Positions 23,509 through 37,759 of a stretch of 64,000 nucleotides of DNA are shown here, piece after piece. Source of the DNA: Octopus bimaculoides. Lineage: Eukaryota. A program made the translations under genes and the position numbers. The notes beneath the pieces are model-generated. The model ran no database searches. It saw nothing but the letters and a program-made list of their open reading frames with translations, and was not told where the DNA came from. Location of the stretch: assembly GCF_001194135.2 (NCBI RefSeq), contig NC_069005.1, forward strand, positions 34,724,016 to 34,788,015. The letters run 5' to 3'. Position 1 is the stretch's first letter, and each line of letters starts with the position of its first letter.

Positions 23509-23692
23509 CTTTGACAATGTGTTGGTCTGAGAATAGCCTGGACTATGTTTAGATTCATTACTTGGTCGGTTGTTAAAGGTAGGTGCTACTTCAGCAACAT
23601 TAGCTTCCTGAATAAATGATTCACCACCAAACATTTGAGGAGATGAGACAGATTTACAGGACTGAGCAGAAAATGACCAATTATAGCTTGAC
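23509..23692 (-). CDS. SPATA22: SPATA22 coding exon 5 (SSYNWSF...TNTLSK), disordered region
   Basis: ttttctctttgtag| ... AAG|GTCTGA (weaker donor); 184 nt open, phase 2 to 0 fits both neighbours. Confidence 0.75.
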
Positions 23693-24598
23693 CTACAAAG
23701 AGAAAACATTCAAACTGAAATCTTGGCCTTTCACAGAGACAAAGAACTTGGAGAGTCTTTACAGATTGTTATAGGAAGACATCATGTGACTAGTGACAAT
23801 CAACAGCTTACTAATAATAGGAATATTTTTATACTATTTTCATGTCATAAAAGAGTGGATTAGCTAGGTGTACAAATTCAAATGTTAAAAACAAGTTGCT
23901 GTTTGAGAAATTGTTCTAGGATCACATGATCCAGATAACTGCAACATGAGTTGTGAGAAATGAATTTACATGTAGGACATGAAGAGTTGACACAAAGATT
24001 CCACACATGAAAGGCATTGATTGGTTTATGGCACAGAGACAGACTGTGTGTGATTGATGGAAATGTGATGCAGGCTGCTTGTATTGTGCATCAAGGGCAG
24101 AACTGAATGAATAAAGAAACACTTGCATTTGGGTTCACAGTCATAACCTAAAAGAGAATTAGTTGAGATCAATGAAATGACACTGCTGTTAGAATCAACA
24201 TGGAGGACAAAGAGACAGATGACCAACAACTGGGAATCCTTTATATCATCAACATTATCATTGTCAATGCTTTAATGTCTGTGTTGTAGTATAGACAGGA
24301 TGGGTGGGCAATATTGGTAAACAGCTAGTTGTTTCTATCTCCTGCTCTACACTTCAGCCCTTCCATCCATGACTTTCTCTGTCAACTTCCATCATCAGCA
24401 CACAATACATTTAATGTGTTCACATCACTTGTCCACACCACTTCAAACTATACACTCAATTTGCTAAAAATAGCAGCCAGGTTGCCTTCAAATCATATAG
24501 CAACATCTATAAAATGGAAAAGCATGTTAGGTAATGTGGTCCCGGAGAAAGATGGGATGGTCACAGCTAAATCAATAACAACAGTTAATTCATCCATC

Positions 24599-24670
<72 letters not shown>

Positions 24671-24786
24671 CCAACAAGAAATGAAGAAAACCAAATGACT
24701 CAAGAAGGAAACCAATATTCTTCACACAATCTAACTTGATGTTCCCCAGTTTAGGATTATTAAATAAAAAAGATGAAGTACAATAC

Positions 24787-25012
24787 CTGGTAGAAGAACA
24801 ATCTGTAGTTTGTTGTCTCGGAGAGTATCTAATGTTAGAGGTTGTAGGAGGTGCAACTGGTGGTTGTGGTGGTGGTGGTGCTGCACGCTCCATTGGTTTC
24901 CTGCTTATCATACCAACATTATTATTATTGTTATTGTTGTTTTGTTGAATGTGGTACTGTCCCCTTTTTACAGGGCCAGATATTTTACTACCTGGGATAT
25001 TTCTTTCAATAC
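24787..25012 (-). CDS. SPATA22: SPATA22 coding exon 4 (IERNIPGS...N8...PPPPQPP...DCSST)
   Basis: catattgcag| ... CAG|GTATTG; 226 nt open, phase 1 to 2 fits both neighbours. Confidence 0.78.
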
Positions 25013-25249
25013 CTGCAATATGAATACCAAAGTACTTTTGTTTTTATTGTAGGTAGTAGTAGTAGTAATGTTTAGGTAGAGTAAAATGAGAAGTTGTGAC
25101 ATTTATGCACCTCTGGAGTGTAGTGTCGTCTCTGTAACTGAATCAGTTTCAACCGGGAATCAAAGATGGATCGGTGACATTTCTAGAGACACAATACTCA
25201 TCCACTGTTGCTCTGGAAGTGTTATCATGTACATGTTTTGTTTTTAGTA

Positions 25250-25740
25250 TAAAAGATGGGCTACACCAAATATTCTGCTCAATACCACAGATTCGCTTGT
25301 CTGTTGTTTGACCTTAACCAGTTGAGCATGTCCCTTGGTGGCTGACGATATGTGCACCTCTGATCATGAGCAGAAGTAGTGGGGGAGCATCATAGCCATG
25401 TGTTGAGAGGAATTCTTTGGGGTTTGAATAATTCACCTCTGGAAACATGGGTGTTTCGTTCAACATCCTCAAACAACCCTTATTCAGGGACCTTTTCAGT
25501 AGGATGGGCTACTCGACCTGAGGAAAATTCTAACTGGGCCCCACCTGCGACATCATGCGCTGTTTATCTTGATATGAGATCACCATGTCGTGCACACATG
25601 GTTGTGATGCATGTGCCTGGTGTACCCTTATCAGACGGGTAGTCATGATGGGTATATTGGGCTTCGTATATTTTACCCCAGTGTCACGTTGATGGCAGGC
25701 ACTGCTCTCTCACTCACTCAATAATAATAATAACAATAAC
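25250..25740 (+). mobile_element. GC-richer interspersed repeat ending in an (AAT)n tail; probable LINE 3' end
   Basis: About 490 nt of higher GC with no intact ORF, ending ...CACTCACTCAATAATAATAATAAC. Classification inferred from the tail only. Confidence 0.5.
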
Positions 25741-26672
25741 AACCCTTTCTAATATAGGCACAAGGCCTAAAATTTTGGTGGGGGGGGGCAGTCAATTAGA
25801 TCAACCCCAGTACACAACTGGTACTTAATTTATCGACTCCAAAAGGATGAAAAGCAAAGTCAACCTCAGCAGAATCTGAACTTAGAATGTAGCGATGAGC
25901 AACATACCACTAAGTATTTTGTCCAGCATGCTAATGATTCTGCCAGTTCGCTGCCTTAATAATAATAATAATAATAATAAAAATAATAATGGTTGTGGTT
26001 TCTGCTTTAAGCGCAAAGCTAACAGCTCTGAGGGAAAGGGGTTAGTCAATACCTTCAACCCCAAAAGGACAAACTGACTGTTAAAACATTTTACTGAAAA
26101 AATAGAATGCATTTTATAGCAGGATATAACAAGACATTACATGTCTCAGCTGTTAGCATGTAAGGCATGAGACCTTAAATCATTAACGAGGTAATGAGAT
26201 TTGATGACATTCTGCCCATGAGAAGTATTGAAAGGAAATCAAACTGGGATAAAGAGTGAGAAGTTTTCTAGCAAGTTGGTGGGTCCTGTTTTTCAGTTAT
26301 AAGCATATTCATAGCAACAACATGAATAGCGTTTAGTCTTACAACAGCAGTCCTGCAAATACAGCAACAAGTGGCAGTGTTGTGTATATATGCTACAACA
26401 ACAGTCTTACAAAACTGGTCTTGTATGTAGTACAATAACAGTTTTACATAGTAGCAGTGGTCGTACATGTTGTATAACAGTTGCTGAAATAAGAAATTGA
26501 TTGTTATACCAAAACACTGTGTAGTGTATGTGTGTGCACGTGTGAATGTGTGTATGTATGTGTACGTGTTGTGTGTTTATGGTGTGTCATTACAAATGTG
26601 ATAAAACTCAACTGAAATGGAAACAGCAAAAGTGGAACAATTAATTAAAGATAGAGAGATGGAGAGAGAGAT

Positions 26673-26707
<35 letters not shown>

Positions 26708-27808
26708 AAATGAGTGCGTGCGTGTGTGTGTGTGTGTGTGTGTGTTAAAGAGACAGAAAGTAATTTGTTACAAAAAAGAAGAAATGCTAGTTGAGATAAC
26801 TAAAGAATAAACTGTCAGCTGAAGCCATTCTTGAGTGATGAAGAAGAGATCAATGGATGTAGGAGAGATTGAGGGGTGGGGCAGGAGTTAGATGATGAAC
26901 AAAGGAGATTATGAAGCAGGATTGAGGTAGGGATTAAAGGGATTATATCAGGATGGTTTAGAAAGGGTGACATGCCAGCCAGTAATCATATTCAGCTAAT
27001 CTCATACTCTAGAAAAGAAAACCCTTAGAAAATGTTACAATTATTTTTCACAGATTTATAAAGAAGAACAACTGAGAGAATTAGGTTGCCATTAAGTTTC
27101 TGTCTTCAGTGTACTGTAATGTCACCTGGAACTACCAGCCAAACAATGAAACTGGACACGGAAGGTTTAGAGTGAAATGAAGAAGAAACTATGATGCCCA
27201 AGAACACAAGAAACATGAATGAAACAACTTCAGATTGCACCCTGGGTTTACTGAGCAGTTAACCATTATACCATGGTGTAAGACATATTACCTTTGAAAA
27301 TCTTAAGACTTATGTTAATTATAAAGAAACAGCAAGGCTGAGTAGAGAGGGCTGCTTGGTCCTGTTGTAGACAACTGCAGTCCCAGTTGTATGATAAAAT
27401 GACCTCAATTCATATTATAAAGTGGTTGTTGTTAGGAGGCACAAACAACCAGAAATACCATCGTAACATGTACAGCAGAACTGGCCAGTTTTTTTCTCTG
27501 CTGTTGTATGTGTGACAGACAATGAGGTAGAGGGATGCAACAGCAGAGACACGCATCTAGCCCAGGCCGACAGATGTAAAAATAATAATGATGAATTATA
27601 GAAAAGTATGCTATTAAATAAAAGCAGCAAGATAAAACCGTCTCGGTTTATCATTGAATATTGATAAAAAGTAGAATCTCTTTGAAGGCAGCCTATTCAT
27701 ATATGTATTTGTTATGTGAAATATTGAAAAAATAAATAAAGCCATCGAAAACCAAAGTGTTTGTCTGGAAAGAAGGAAAATGCAAATGAGGCATGTTTAA
27801 CAAAATAC

Positions 27809-28006
27809 TTGGCTTTGAGTAGGACGTTGCTGTTTTATCGATGGACTGAAAACTAGAGGGTTGATGGCCTGTTTGGTAGAGATTTCTGTTGCCATTGTAA
27901 GATGTGCTCTGAGGGAATGTGTTGCATTGGTCAGAAAATCTGTCTCTTTCATTATTATTCATCAAATCACTCCTGCCACCAGCAAATGTCTCCAGCCAGC
28001 TGTCAT
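27809..28006 (-). CDS. SPATA22: SPATA22 coding exon 3 (DSWLETFAGG...TSYSKP)
   Basis: tctgtctcttttgttgtag| ... CAA|GTATTT; 198 nt open, phase 1 to 1. Confidence 0.75.
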
Positions 28007-29437
28007 CTACAACAAAAGAGACAGAAAGAAATGGAGAGGATTAAGAAATGTTAGTTCAAATATATTTCTTCTTGGATGCTGTTAGCAAAGTAGGAAATGT
28101 GTTTGAAATTAATAAATTGATTAACTTGCATTGAAAATAGTTTTACTATCATAGTATGATATGTGTGGATTCTAAGCGATGGAGCTGTTTATCTCTTTAA
28201 TAACACTATCACGCACATACACACACACACAATACGTCTGTTAGATTATTAACTGTAATGTGATCAATAAAAGCCAGTAACACCATCCATATAAAGGCAT
28301 GAATGTCACAGATTCTACTTCAAACCAAGTCACAGAGTCAGTCTGCTGGATCCTGTCAAACCATCCAGTCCATACCAGCACGGTAGATGAAGGTGAAAAG
28401 ACAATGAAGATGAGGCACACTGTCACCTGTTACTCTCTCTCTCTCTCTCTCACAACACCACACCTAAACTCATCTCTCTCTTTCTCTCTCTCTCACTTCT
28501 GAAGTTCTTTAATTGAATGACTTACAAGGCAATCTCTAAAGACCCAGTGCCAGAAATCTATACATTCAGAACACTTTGTAAAATGGACAGCGTTAGGAAG
28601 GGTATCCAACCATAGAACCCACAATGGGAATAGAGATATTTCAGAATGACATGGTCTTCTCTCCCAACCCATGCCAGCTGGGAAAACATGCATAAAACAC
28701 TGATATCTCTCAGGGTCTTTTTTTTTTTTTACTGACCCGTTAATTTCCACAACATCTCACTTGCTCCCGTTGAGACATCAGAGAGGTTGGCTGCATCTGG
28801 CGTCAGTCTTCTTCCACTGATGTCACAACAGAGCACATCTTGACTGGATGCATTGATAAATATTAAACCCCAGCAACAGGAATAAATAACTGCAGTTATG
28901 AATAAAAAAACAACACCAACCTTCCCAAGTTCCAATTATGACATTTAAACACCAACAGATGGATACGCGGTTCAAAACCAGGTGGAGAACCAGCGGGAGC
29001 GGGGGGCGGGGGCACATGCTAATTTTTATTTACAAATTGGTATTTACAAGTGGAGAATGTAAATATGCACACACACATATGCATACATGTAACACTTTAC
29101 AAACACATACATATAAATCACACATATAGAAATATATAATGTATGCATACTGGCACTTACACACACACACACACACATCCTATTAGTATGCAGAGTGAAT
29201 GAGAATTATCTACTTTAGCGAACTATTATTATAAATGTAGACTAAAACAGTGATTATTATAAGCTGATGTTTATCATAAATAAATCAGAGGTGGAACAAA
29301 CAGAGAGGCAGGCTGAGGCAGACATGCATACACACACATTACCCCTCTCTCTTTCTCATATACGTATGTGTATAAAATGCACAAACACACATTATCTCTC
29401 ACATCTATGTATATATATATATATATATATACCATCG

Positions 29438-29473
<36 letters not shown>

Positions 29474-29777
29474 TATATAAAATAGAGAGAGATAGACAAG
29501 CTCATAAATGTATCAATAGCTTGTCTTTATATATCTTATCAAAGAAACATAAAATCTCAGATGTAATTTTATTGTTCATATTGTGTGAAGCCCCATTAAG
29601 AGATTTTAAGCAATGCTTTTGAAGAATTCCTTATAGTAAATTAAGAACATCATGGCACTTTTAATGCAACTCTTCTCTACAACTGCCACATATTGAACAG
29701 TTCTAATGATCTATTTAGTAATGGTGACACTCGTTTACAACTACTGTGCAATGTCAAGACAAGGACACACACACACA

Positions 29778-29940
29778 ATGGGCTTCTTTCAGTGTCCATC
29801 CACCAAATTCACTCATAAGGCTTTGGTTAGGTCTGGGTCTATAATTACAAGATATGTGCCCAAGGTGCAATACAGCAGGGCTGAACACCAAACCATGGGG
29901 TTGGGTAGCAAACTTCTTAACCACACAGCTATGCTTCCAC
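29778..29940 (-). mobile_element. Family-A SINE 5' half
   Basis: GGCTTCTTTCAGT...CCAAGGTGC...AACTTCTTAACCACACAGC; similar copies at 31690-32110, 37200-37300, 55160-55290 (+) and 59950-60085. Confidence 0.7.
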
Positions 29941-29941
29941 C

Positions 29942-29977
<36 letters not shown>

Positions 29978-30452
29978 CTGAACACTTACAGCAGGTATCA
30001 CTTGTGTATTTATGATATTTTAATCCAGTTTTATTTCTCAGTGTGGGGATGCAGCAAGCCAACGGATGTTCTGTGTGTTCACCATCTGTTCGTATTGAAG
30101 CTTCCAGCATGAATGCCAAGTAGTACAGCATGTGATTTCCAAATTTCTGGCAGAGTGAAATATGTCATTTTTGCTATTTTTCTCACAGACGGTGTCCAAC
30201 TGACCCTACAATACTATGTAGGCGCCAAAATCAACAACAAACAATGCAGATGAGCAAAATTAAAAACATAAAATGGTGACAATTTACCCATCACACCGTG
30301 TATGCATATATATNNNNNNNNNNNNNNNNNNNNNNNNNNNNNNNATATATATATATATATATATACATACATACATATACATACACCCACATATATGCCA
30401 CACACATACATATATACACCACACTCATACATGCATATACAAACACATGTAC

Positions 30453-30546
30453 CTTCATCTTGAAAATTTTCATTGGGATCAGCTACTACTGCTTGCCGAA
30501 GCCTTTTGCGGGAGTTGAAAAATGGTGCAGGGGGTACTTTAGCACT
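30453..30546 (-). CDS. SPATA22: SPATA22 coding exon 2 (SAKVPPAPFFNSRKRLRQAVVADPNENFQDE)
   Basis: ctgttatttctcag| ... AAG|GTACAT; PPAPFFNSRKRLRQ matches the conserved N-terminal PVPLFNQKKRNRQ motif; 94 nt, phase 0 to 1. Confidence 0.88.
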
Positions 30547-31090
30547 CTGAGAAATAACAGAACATAAAAGTTTCAATTACTGAAAGAGAGGTTTTTTTTT
30601 TTTCAATATCCTTCAAACAATCAAACATAAAAGAAATAAAATTATAAAAAGAGAAAAACAACTAATAAGGAGCCTCTATATGGTTACTTGACCTGTTAGA
30701 AATAGCAAACAAATTTCCCTCAAATCACACCTCACTGTTTTTTATAAAAAAGGAAGGATACATAGACTAATGTCGTCTGTGTAACTATTTATAATCTTGT
30801 CAGAAACAATATGATGATGATGATGATGATGCCACAATTTCTGTTTTGTCAAAGTTGTATGATCGACTTAAACTTCTTTTTGCTATTATTATGGAATTGA
30901 AGTAGCATTGCAGTGCACTTCCTTCCAAACGACACTGGTCTGTTGAGATTTCACAGCACGGTTTTCTGCAAAGTGCTGCCATGATTATATCATAGGGAAT
31001 TTTACTACAAAATACAAACTCCTGAACAAATATCACAGTGCAGAAATGAGATTGGTGCAGTTATTAATTGAATAGCTGGAGAGTTAATGA

Positions 31091-31134
<44 letters not shown>

Positions 31135-34100
31135 AACACTGTTACTATACTTCCAATGTTTTATCACATTAACCAATCTATATATTAATATGGTCTTACC
31201 TACCTACCTACCTTTTTACTTAAGGCTAAAAAGAAGTGGATATAACAAAGTTTCTTATGTCATTGTGTTTTTAGTTATCTGAATTTCTTATCCCACCACC
31301 TCTTGCTCCCTCTCTCTCCTCTCTCTCCCTTTCTCTCTCTCTCCCCTTCTCTCTCTCTTTCTCTCTCTCGCTGTGTTTGTTTGAAAAGTTTTTGAATTGT
31401 ACCTAAGCAAATAAAATAATTATTTCACTACAAGAACCAAAAAATGCTAATGTCTTCTGTTAATATATGTATATATTCATGTATGTCAGTATGCATAAAT
31501 GTATATGTGTTGTGTGTGTATAAATATAAATACTTATATATCAAGGCTAAACAGGAGTCAGGGAGGGGGTGTTTAACAACACACTCATGTCAAGTATATT
31601 GGTAAACAGTCTATGGCAATTGTTGTGATGATAATAATATGAATAAATTAAATAAAGTATGGTATTTCTATTTGTTTAGTCTTTTACCAGTTTTTTGATT
31701 GTGACCATGCTGGAGCACTTCCTTCAAGGATTTAGCCAAGCATATTGACCTCAGTAATTAACTTTGTTGGATACTTATTTTATCAATGTGTATTTGTCAA
31801 ATTACAATGTTACGGGACAATATCACAGGCCTTAAGCAACATAAATACACACACACACACACACACACTCATAAATGCACACTCACAGATTTATATAAAT
31901 ACACACACACTCATAAATGCACACTCACAGATTTATATGAATACACGCACAAACAATTATTTCCTATACAGTTTCTGTGTATCAAATTTCAGTCACAACA
32001 ATTTTCAACTTGAGCCTCAAGTAGAAAACTTTTTGCCCAAGGTGCTACACAGTGGGACTGAACCAAGAATCACATGGACACAAAGCAAACTTTTAAATCA
32101 TACAGCCATGCTTGTGTCTATATCACAAGTATGTTTTTTTCTTTATTTTAAGAATCCACAGTTCAGTGAATTCTTAAATTCTTTACTTCATTCAATAAGA
32201 CTGTGGGTTCAAGTCTAACCTAATGAACTAATGTGAAAATAAGGATGGAAGCTATCAGAATTAAGATTTGCCAAAGCTTTACCATCATAGTTGTTCAGCA
32301 GCAAAACAGATTATGTCTTTGATGTGTTTTCATTGTTAAGACTGTTTATTTCTAGAAGTAAAGTGGAAAATGATAGATAGCAACTATCACGGTAGTGTAT
32401 AACAAGGAACATAGCTCCTAACAATACTACTACTACCTAGGTGGACTTGTACACCATCGGAATAATGAAATGGTGCAAACAAAATACAATTTCAAGAGAA
32501 ATTATTTCACAGCTCTCGATAAACTTTCAACCACTTTTCAAAATAACCATAGAATTTCCATGCATACTGCTGCTAGCAGGTAGTAAAATGACAACAGAAA
32601 ATTAATTCTACAATTCTTTCATATTATAGGTTGGCAGTGACTGGTGCAATGCCAGCTAGCAACTAAAGGAGATTTCTTCTTTGTCAATGTAACAAAACTA
32701 GATTATACTCCAAACAGAGTTGGTCTCCTATTCATGCAAATGGCTCCTATTTAGGCACTTCAAGTTTACCAAGTTTGGGAAACACAGACAGCTTTCACTT
32801 CCAATTGCTTCTAGTGACAGATTTATTTAAACTAAGTCAGTTTACTGTTGGTATTACTTTAAAAGTAGCAGTGATAAAAGGTATGATGTGCAGTGACTGT
32901 GATTGGAGGTAAGAAAGGCTTGTTTTTTATAATAATTTTCATAATAACTGGTATTGTATTGGTGAAAAGAAGGAGTTATAAGCTAATTTAAACTGAATTG
33001 ATAAGGTTTGTTAACAATGTTTGTTTTCAGATGACAAGTAGATCCTTTTTGTTTGCATGTTTACTTTTCAGATAAAGTATGTTCAGTTGGTATGATCAAA
33101 TAGTCCAGCCCTAACAATAAAACGACATGTAAGACAATTAAGTAGACATTATACGACTGAAACTAAGTGGGAATATGTCTGCAGTGGGGCTTCACTAACT
33201 CCAGCAGCAGGGAAGGGTATGTGAAATCACAGGGTGTGTGTGATGTGTGTGTGCTCTTGTCAAATGAGGACATAAACCCAACAAAACTACGTGACATTCA
33301 CCATATACACCAAAATACAATAATGAGGGTAATTTCAGAGACTGTAACACAATCTTCAAACTCATGTGGTAGGATTCTATGGGACATTTTGCTATCATGC
33401 AAGTCAATGCAGTCTGAACAGGTTGTGCAGTTGAGTATCTCAGAGGTGTGTATCACAATCGAGGCTGAAATTGTTGTGTGAAGTGTGTGGTACAAGTAAA
33501 ACAAAGAAGCTATCCACAGTTTCTATCTCCAACAAAAAGAGAAAGCTAACAATGTTTGTTGTTATTTTGGTTGAATAATATAGTCCGTTGCGTTTTTTAT
33601 ATTGTGTCACCTGGTGTATTTGGGTTGCCTTCACTGCAGCTTGAAGAGTTAGTATTTCCTCCATTTCTAATATGGCTGCTGGCCACTCTTTCAGTTGCCA
33701 TGCACTTTACAAAATGGCCAGAGTATATTTTATTGAGACCTCTAGAAAGTCAACTCTAACCTGCATCAAACAACTAAATATTCCAGACAGATCACCCTGA
33801 ATCTCAAGAGGAACAACAAACCAAACTAGAAGCTTCTTCTGCTGAGTAAATGTTTGGCTGACAGTTTAGCAAGAATCAAAACTACTTTAAGCAGATTTTT
33901 GTAGAAACACACCACTTCAGTTGCTAAGCTGTAAATCCAACCAACTTTTTCTATTCATTTAGCTCCTGTCAATAATGACAGGTTCCTCTTGAAATTGTCA
34001 AATATATACAAACTTCCTATGAGACTACACAGACTTTTACCACACAAGTCAACAGAAAATTCTGAAGACATAAAATCTTTCATTTCAATCTATAAATCTA

Positions 34101-34157
34101 CAGAACCCAACCAAAGCAAACAACAATGTTAGCAATCTAATAAGTAAACAAACATAC

Positions 34158-34163
34158 CTTCAT
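34158..34163 (-). CDS. SPATA22: SPATA22 coding exon 1 (ATG AAG = MK) within a 23-nt exon (34158-34180)
   Basis: tttttttctcttctcaacag|TTATTGGATCTGCCACCATGAAG|GTATGT; GCCACCATG start context; phase 0 fits the next exon. Full CDS 1158 nt = 385 aa + stop. Confidence 0.75.
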
Positions 34164-35234
34164 GGTGGCAGATCCAATAACTGTTGAGAAGAGAAAAAAA
34201 TATAACTTTGAGTAACAAATATACTTTAGATTTTTACAACAATTATATTTTAAAAAGCTTTCTAATATCTCTTTCATACTTCTTTTTCATTCTATAATTG
34301 CTCAGTACTAGTTTATATAACAAACTTCACCATTTCATCTCTAATAATACAAAAGGAATAAATAGTTTGAACTCAATCTTTTCTCAATGATATTGATACT
34401 TGAGGTTAATTTGGAATACAGATTATCAATAATATTTTTTATTTAATTTATGAAACTTTTTGTGTTTGATGTATTTGTAAAGTAAATTACAAATCTATCT
34501 CCATTAGATATAGTTCAATCCATATATTGAGTGGGTATTTTGTCTGCAAACATTGAAGATTCTAACATTTGGGTGACTGATGAATCTAAATTTAATTATA
34601 TACACAATATTACTTACATCCACTTCTTTTAAAGTGCCTTTCCAAAGAATATTCGTAGTTTCAGTGAAGTAAACTAGCTTCCCGTGAGAGTTGAAACCTT
34701 GTCTCAGATAGACACACCTGTGCATATTTATTATATATATATATATACACACACACACATGATTTAATGACATACACACACATAGCATTATAAAATTAAT
34801 GTATTTCTCTCCTTTTACAGAAATCCCCACAATAAGGTACTTAAATGAAATGCATCTGTCTGTCTGTCTGTCTGTCTGTCTACCTATCTGTATGGACAGA
34901 CAGACAGACAGGCAGGCAGGCAGGCAGGCAGGCAGATAAATGTTAACGCCAAAGATAATTCAGGAAATGCATAAATCACAGTAAAGTAAAATGACATTTT
35001 ATGATAGATCAGATATATTAATATAGAAGAGAAAGTCTTATGTTGAGAATATCAATGATTAGAGACTGGAATAAACAATAATCCACATCCAAGGAAGGTT
35101 GAAAGCAACAAAGAAAATATCTTTCTCCATAACATCTGTATTAAGGATTGTTTCTGCCTTCTTGTCTAAGTTGCAGTAATTGAAAAGAGAGAGAGAGAGA
35201 GAGCCAAAAATGATGATATAATAGTAATAGTAAC

Positions 35235-35280
<46 letters not shown>

Positions 35281-36368
35281 TGAAAAAGTGAAAAAAAAGC
35301 AAAAAAACAATTGAGCTTTATTTTTGCCTGAGAAATTCAGAGAATGCAGACTACGACAATTTCAAATAAAAGAAAATAATAATAATAATAGATGTAAATG
35401 AACATAAAATAAATACAATGAGTTGTCACAATATATTATTGTAGCTTTGTACGATGGCATTGTTGTTGTCATTATTATTATTAAAATGAACTATATTTTT
35501 TTAATGTTCCAAAGAAAATGATAAGTAAAGGAGAAAACATGAAAAAGCAACCAACCTGCCGACACACCGACCAATGGCTGTCATGTTGGCATGGTTTCTA
35601 CTTGATAAGTTGATTAGATTCCAAGAATAACAGAAGACAAGCCAACGTCAATAAACTGTCGCTACTGATATTGTTTGTTCAGAACTGATCACATCAATTT
35701 TCTATCAATATTTTTCTGATTGAACCCAGAAGCATTGTGTTTGCAAGCACAACCTACTTATAAATGTTTACCTTATTAATAAATCACAGTAGATATATTT
35801 TAAGCAGGTAAAATATTCCCAACAAAGATCTGGGAAGCAAAATGTTTAAAACAAACTTTGAGATAAACTCAGATGTGGAATTAAAATACATTTGAAAACA
35901 AAACAAAAAAAACAGGTTCATGCAAAATGAAAGATGGAATTATCTGCAGAGGAAGTGACCAAAAGTGTTGGGGGGAATATTGGAATTAAAGGCAGCACCA
36001 AGAACAGGGAAAACAATGATTCACTGATGTTTGGAATAAGACTGAAACATGCTCAGAGTTGTCTCTGGTTTTGCTGCAAAACTGAAAGCATTAGCCATTG
36101 ATTGATATCATATTTTTTTCTCTCACTAATTTAGCTAATTAGGTAAATATGGGATCCCAAAATAAAATCATCGAAGTCAGTTACTCACTTCACATTAATT
36201 AAATAAAAAAGAAAACTAAACTAGGATCCTTTATGGAGAGGAGTTAACAACTCATGTACTGAATGTAAACTAACAGATTTACCCCTTCAGCAAATCTCTT
36301 CTACTATGGCCCTGAGATGACCAAAACCTCGAGTGGATTTGGTACACAGAAACTGAAAGAAACCGGTC

Positions 36369-36413
<45 letters not shown>

Positions 36414-37363
36414 TAAATGCATTTTTCTGTGTCTCCTACCACCACTTGACAACTGGTGTTGATTTGCTTATGCCTCCATAACTCATCAAAAAGAGAGTGA
36501 TAGAATAAGCAAGATAGTCATCACAATATACCACAACACATTACGAGAGCAATCTCTACTTGCCTAAACACACGAAAGAATATCAACAACAATCACAAGG
36601 CTTTAAAAGCCATTATTATTAAGACATCAGGTGGTACAGCTGGCTTAGTAATAGATTCTACTGATGCCAGCTGAATCTAGTTTAGAGTAGTATTTGTTCT
36701 AACACACCGTTTCCAACACTGGCTTTTTTTTTCTTCAATACATACACCAGTTTTGTTGCTGTCAATTGTATATAAAACACATTATTCCTACAGGATGCAT
36801 TCAATGAATGAGCAGAATAAATTCAAACAAACACATTGTAACAAATAAGTTATTCAACAAGACTAATTATAAATCAAATTCTATGTCAGTCTATTTTGTT
36901 TCCATTAGTTATAATTTTTACATCTTCCTCTTCATCATTATAGTCAAATTTACTCCCAACTGCTATTATTAGTTTTGTATTTATGTATAATTATTTTTAA
37001 ATACATTTTTATATTATAGCATAGACATTTTTATAGATTATGTATGCAAGCCACAAAACTTTATTGCTTTGGCGTAGATCTCAATATTGAACATTGAAAA
37101 CCCAGCAAGGGTTATTTGTGAATTATGACCAGCTTCTACGTGTTTCAAGCAACAAAATTCTATTTATAAGGTATTGGTCGATCCTAGGCCCCCAAGGCTA
37201 TTGTAGGAAACACAAGCTCAGAGTGTCATATGGTAGGAGTGAACAGAGAATAACATGACTGCAAAGAGCATTTCTTAACCACACAACAATGCCTGCATCA
37301 TGTGTGTGTATGTATCTGGTAGGTGGATAGGTAGGTAGATAGGTAGGTAGACAGATATATAGG

Positions 37364-37422
<59 letters not shown>

Positions 37423-37423
37423 G

Positions 37424-37474
<51 letters not shown>

Positions 37475-37712
37475 GTAGACAGATAGGTAGATAGATAGAT
37501 AGATAGATAGATAGGTAAGTAAATGGATAGGTAGGTAGGTAGGTAGATNNNNNNNNNNNNNNNNNNNNNNNNNNNNNNNNNNNNNNNNNNNNNNNNNNNN
37601 NNNNNNNNNNNNNNNNNNNNNNNNNNNNNNNNNNNNNNNNNNNNNNNNNNNNNNNNNNNNNNNNNNNNNNNNNNNNNNNNNNNNNNNNNNNNNNNNNNNN
37701 NNNNNNNNNNNN

Positions 37713-37759
<47 letters not shown>

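Noticed and set aside
24045-24102. Phase 1-to-2 candidate exon (LPLMHNTSSLHHISINHT)
   Set aside because: Weak donor; 24787-25012 fills the same phase slot with stronger sites.
33611-33701. Candidate start exon MATERVASSH...PNTP with a phase-1 donor
   Set aside because: The 34158 (MK) and 30453-30546 exons supply the conserved N-terminal motif with better splice sites.
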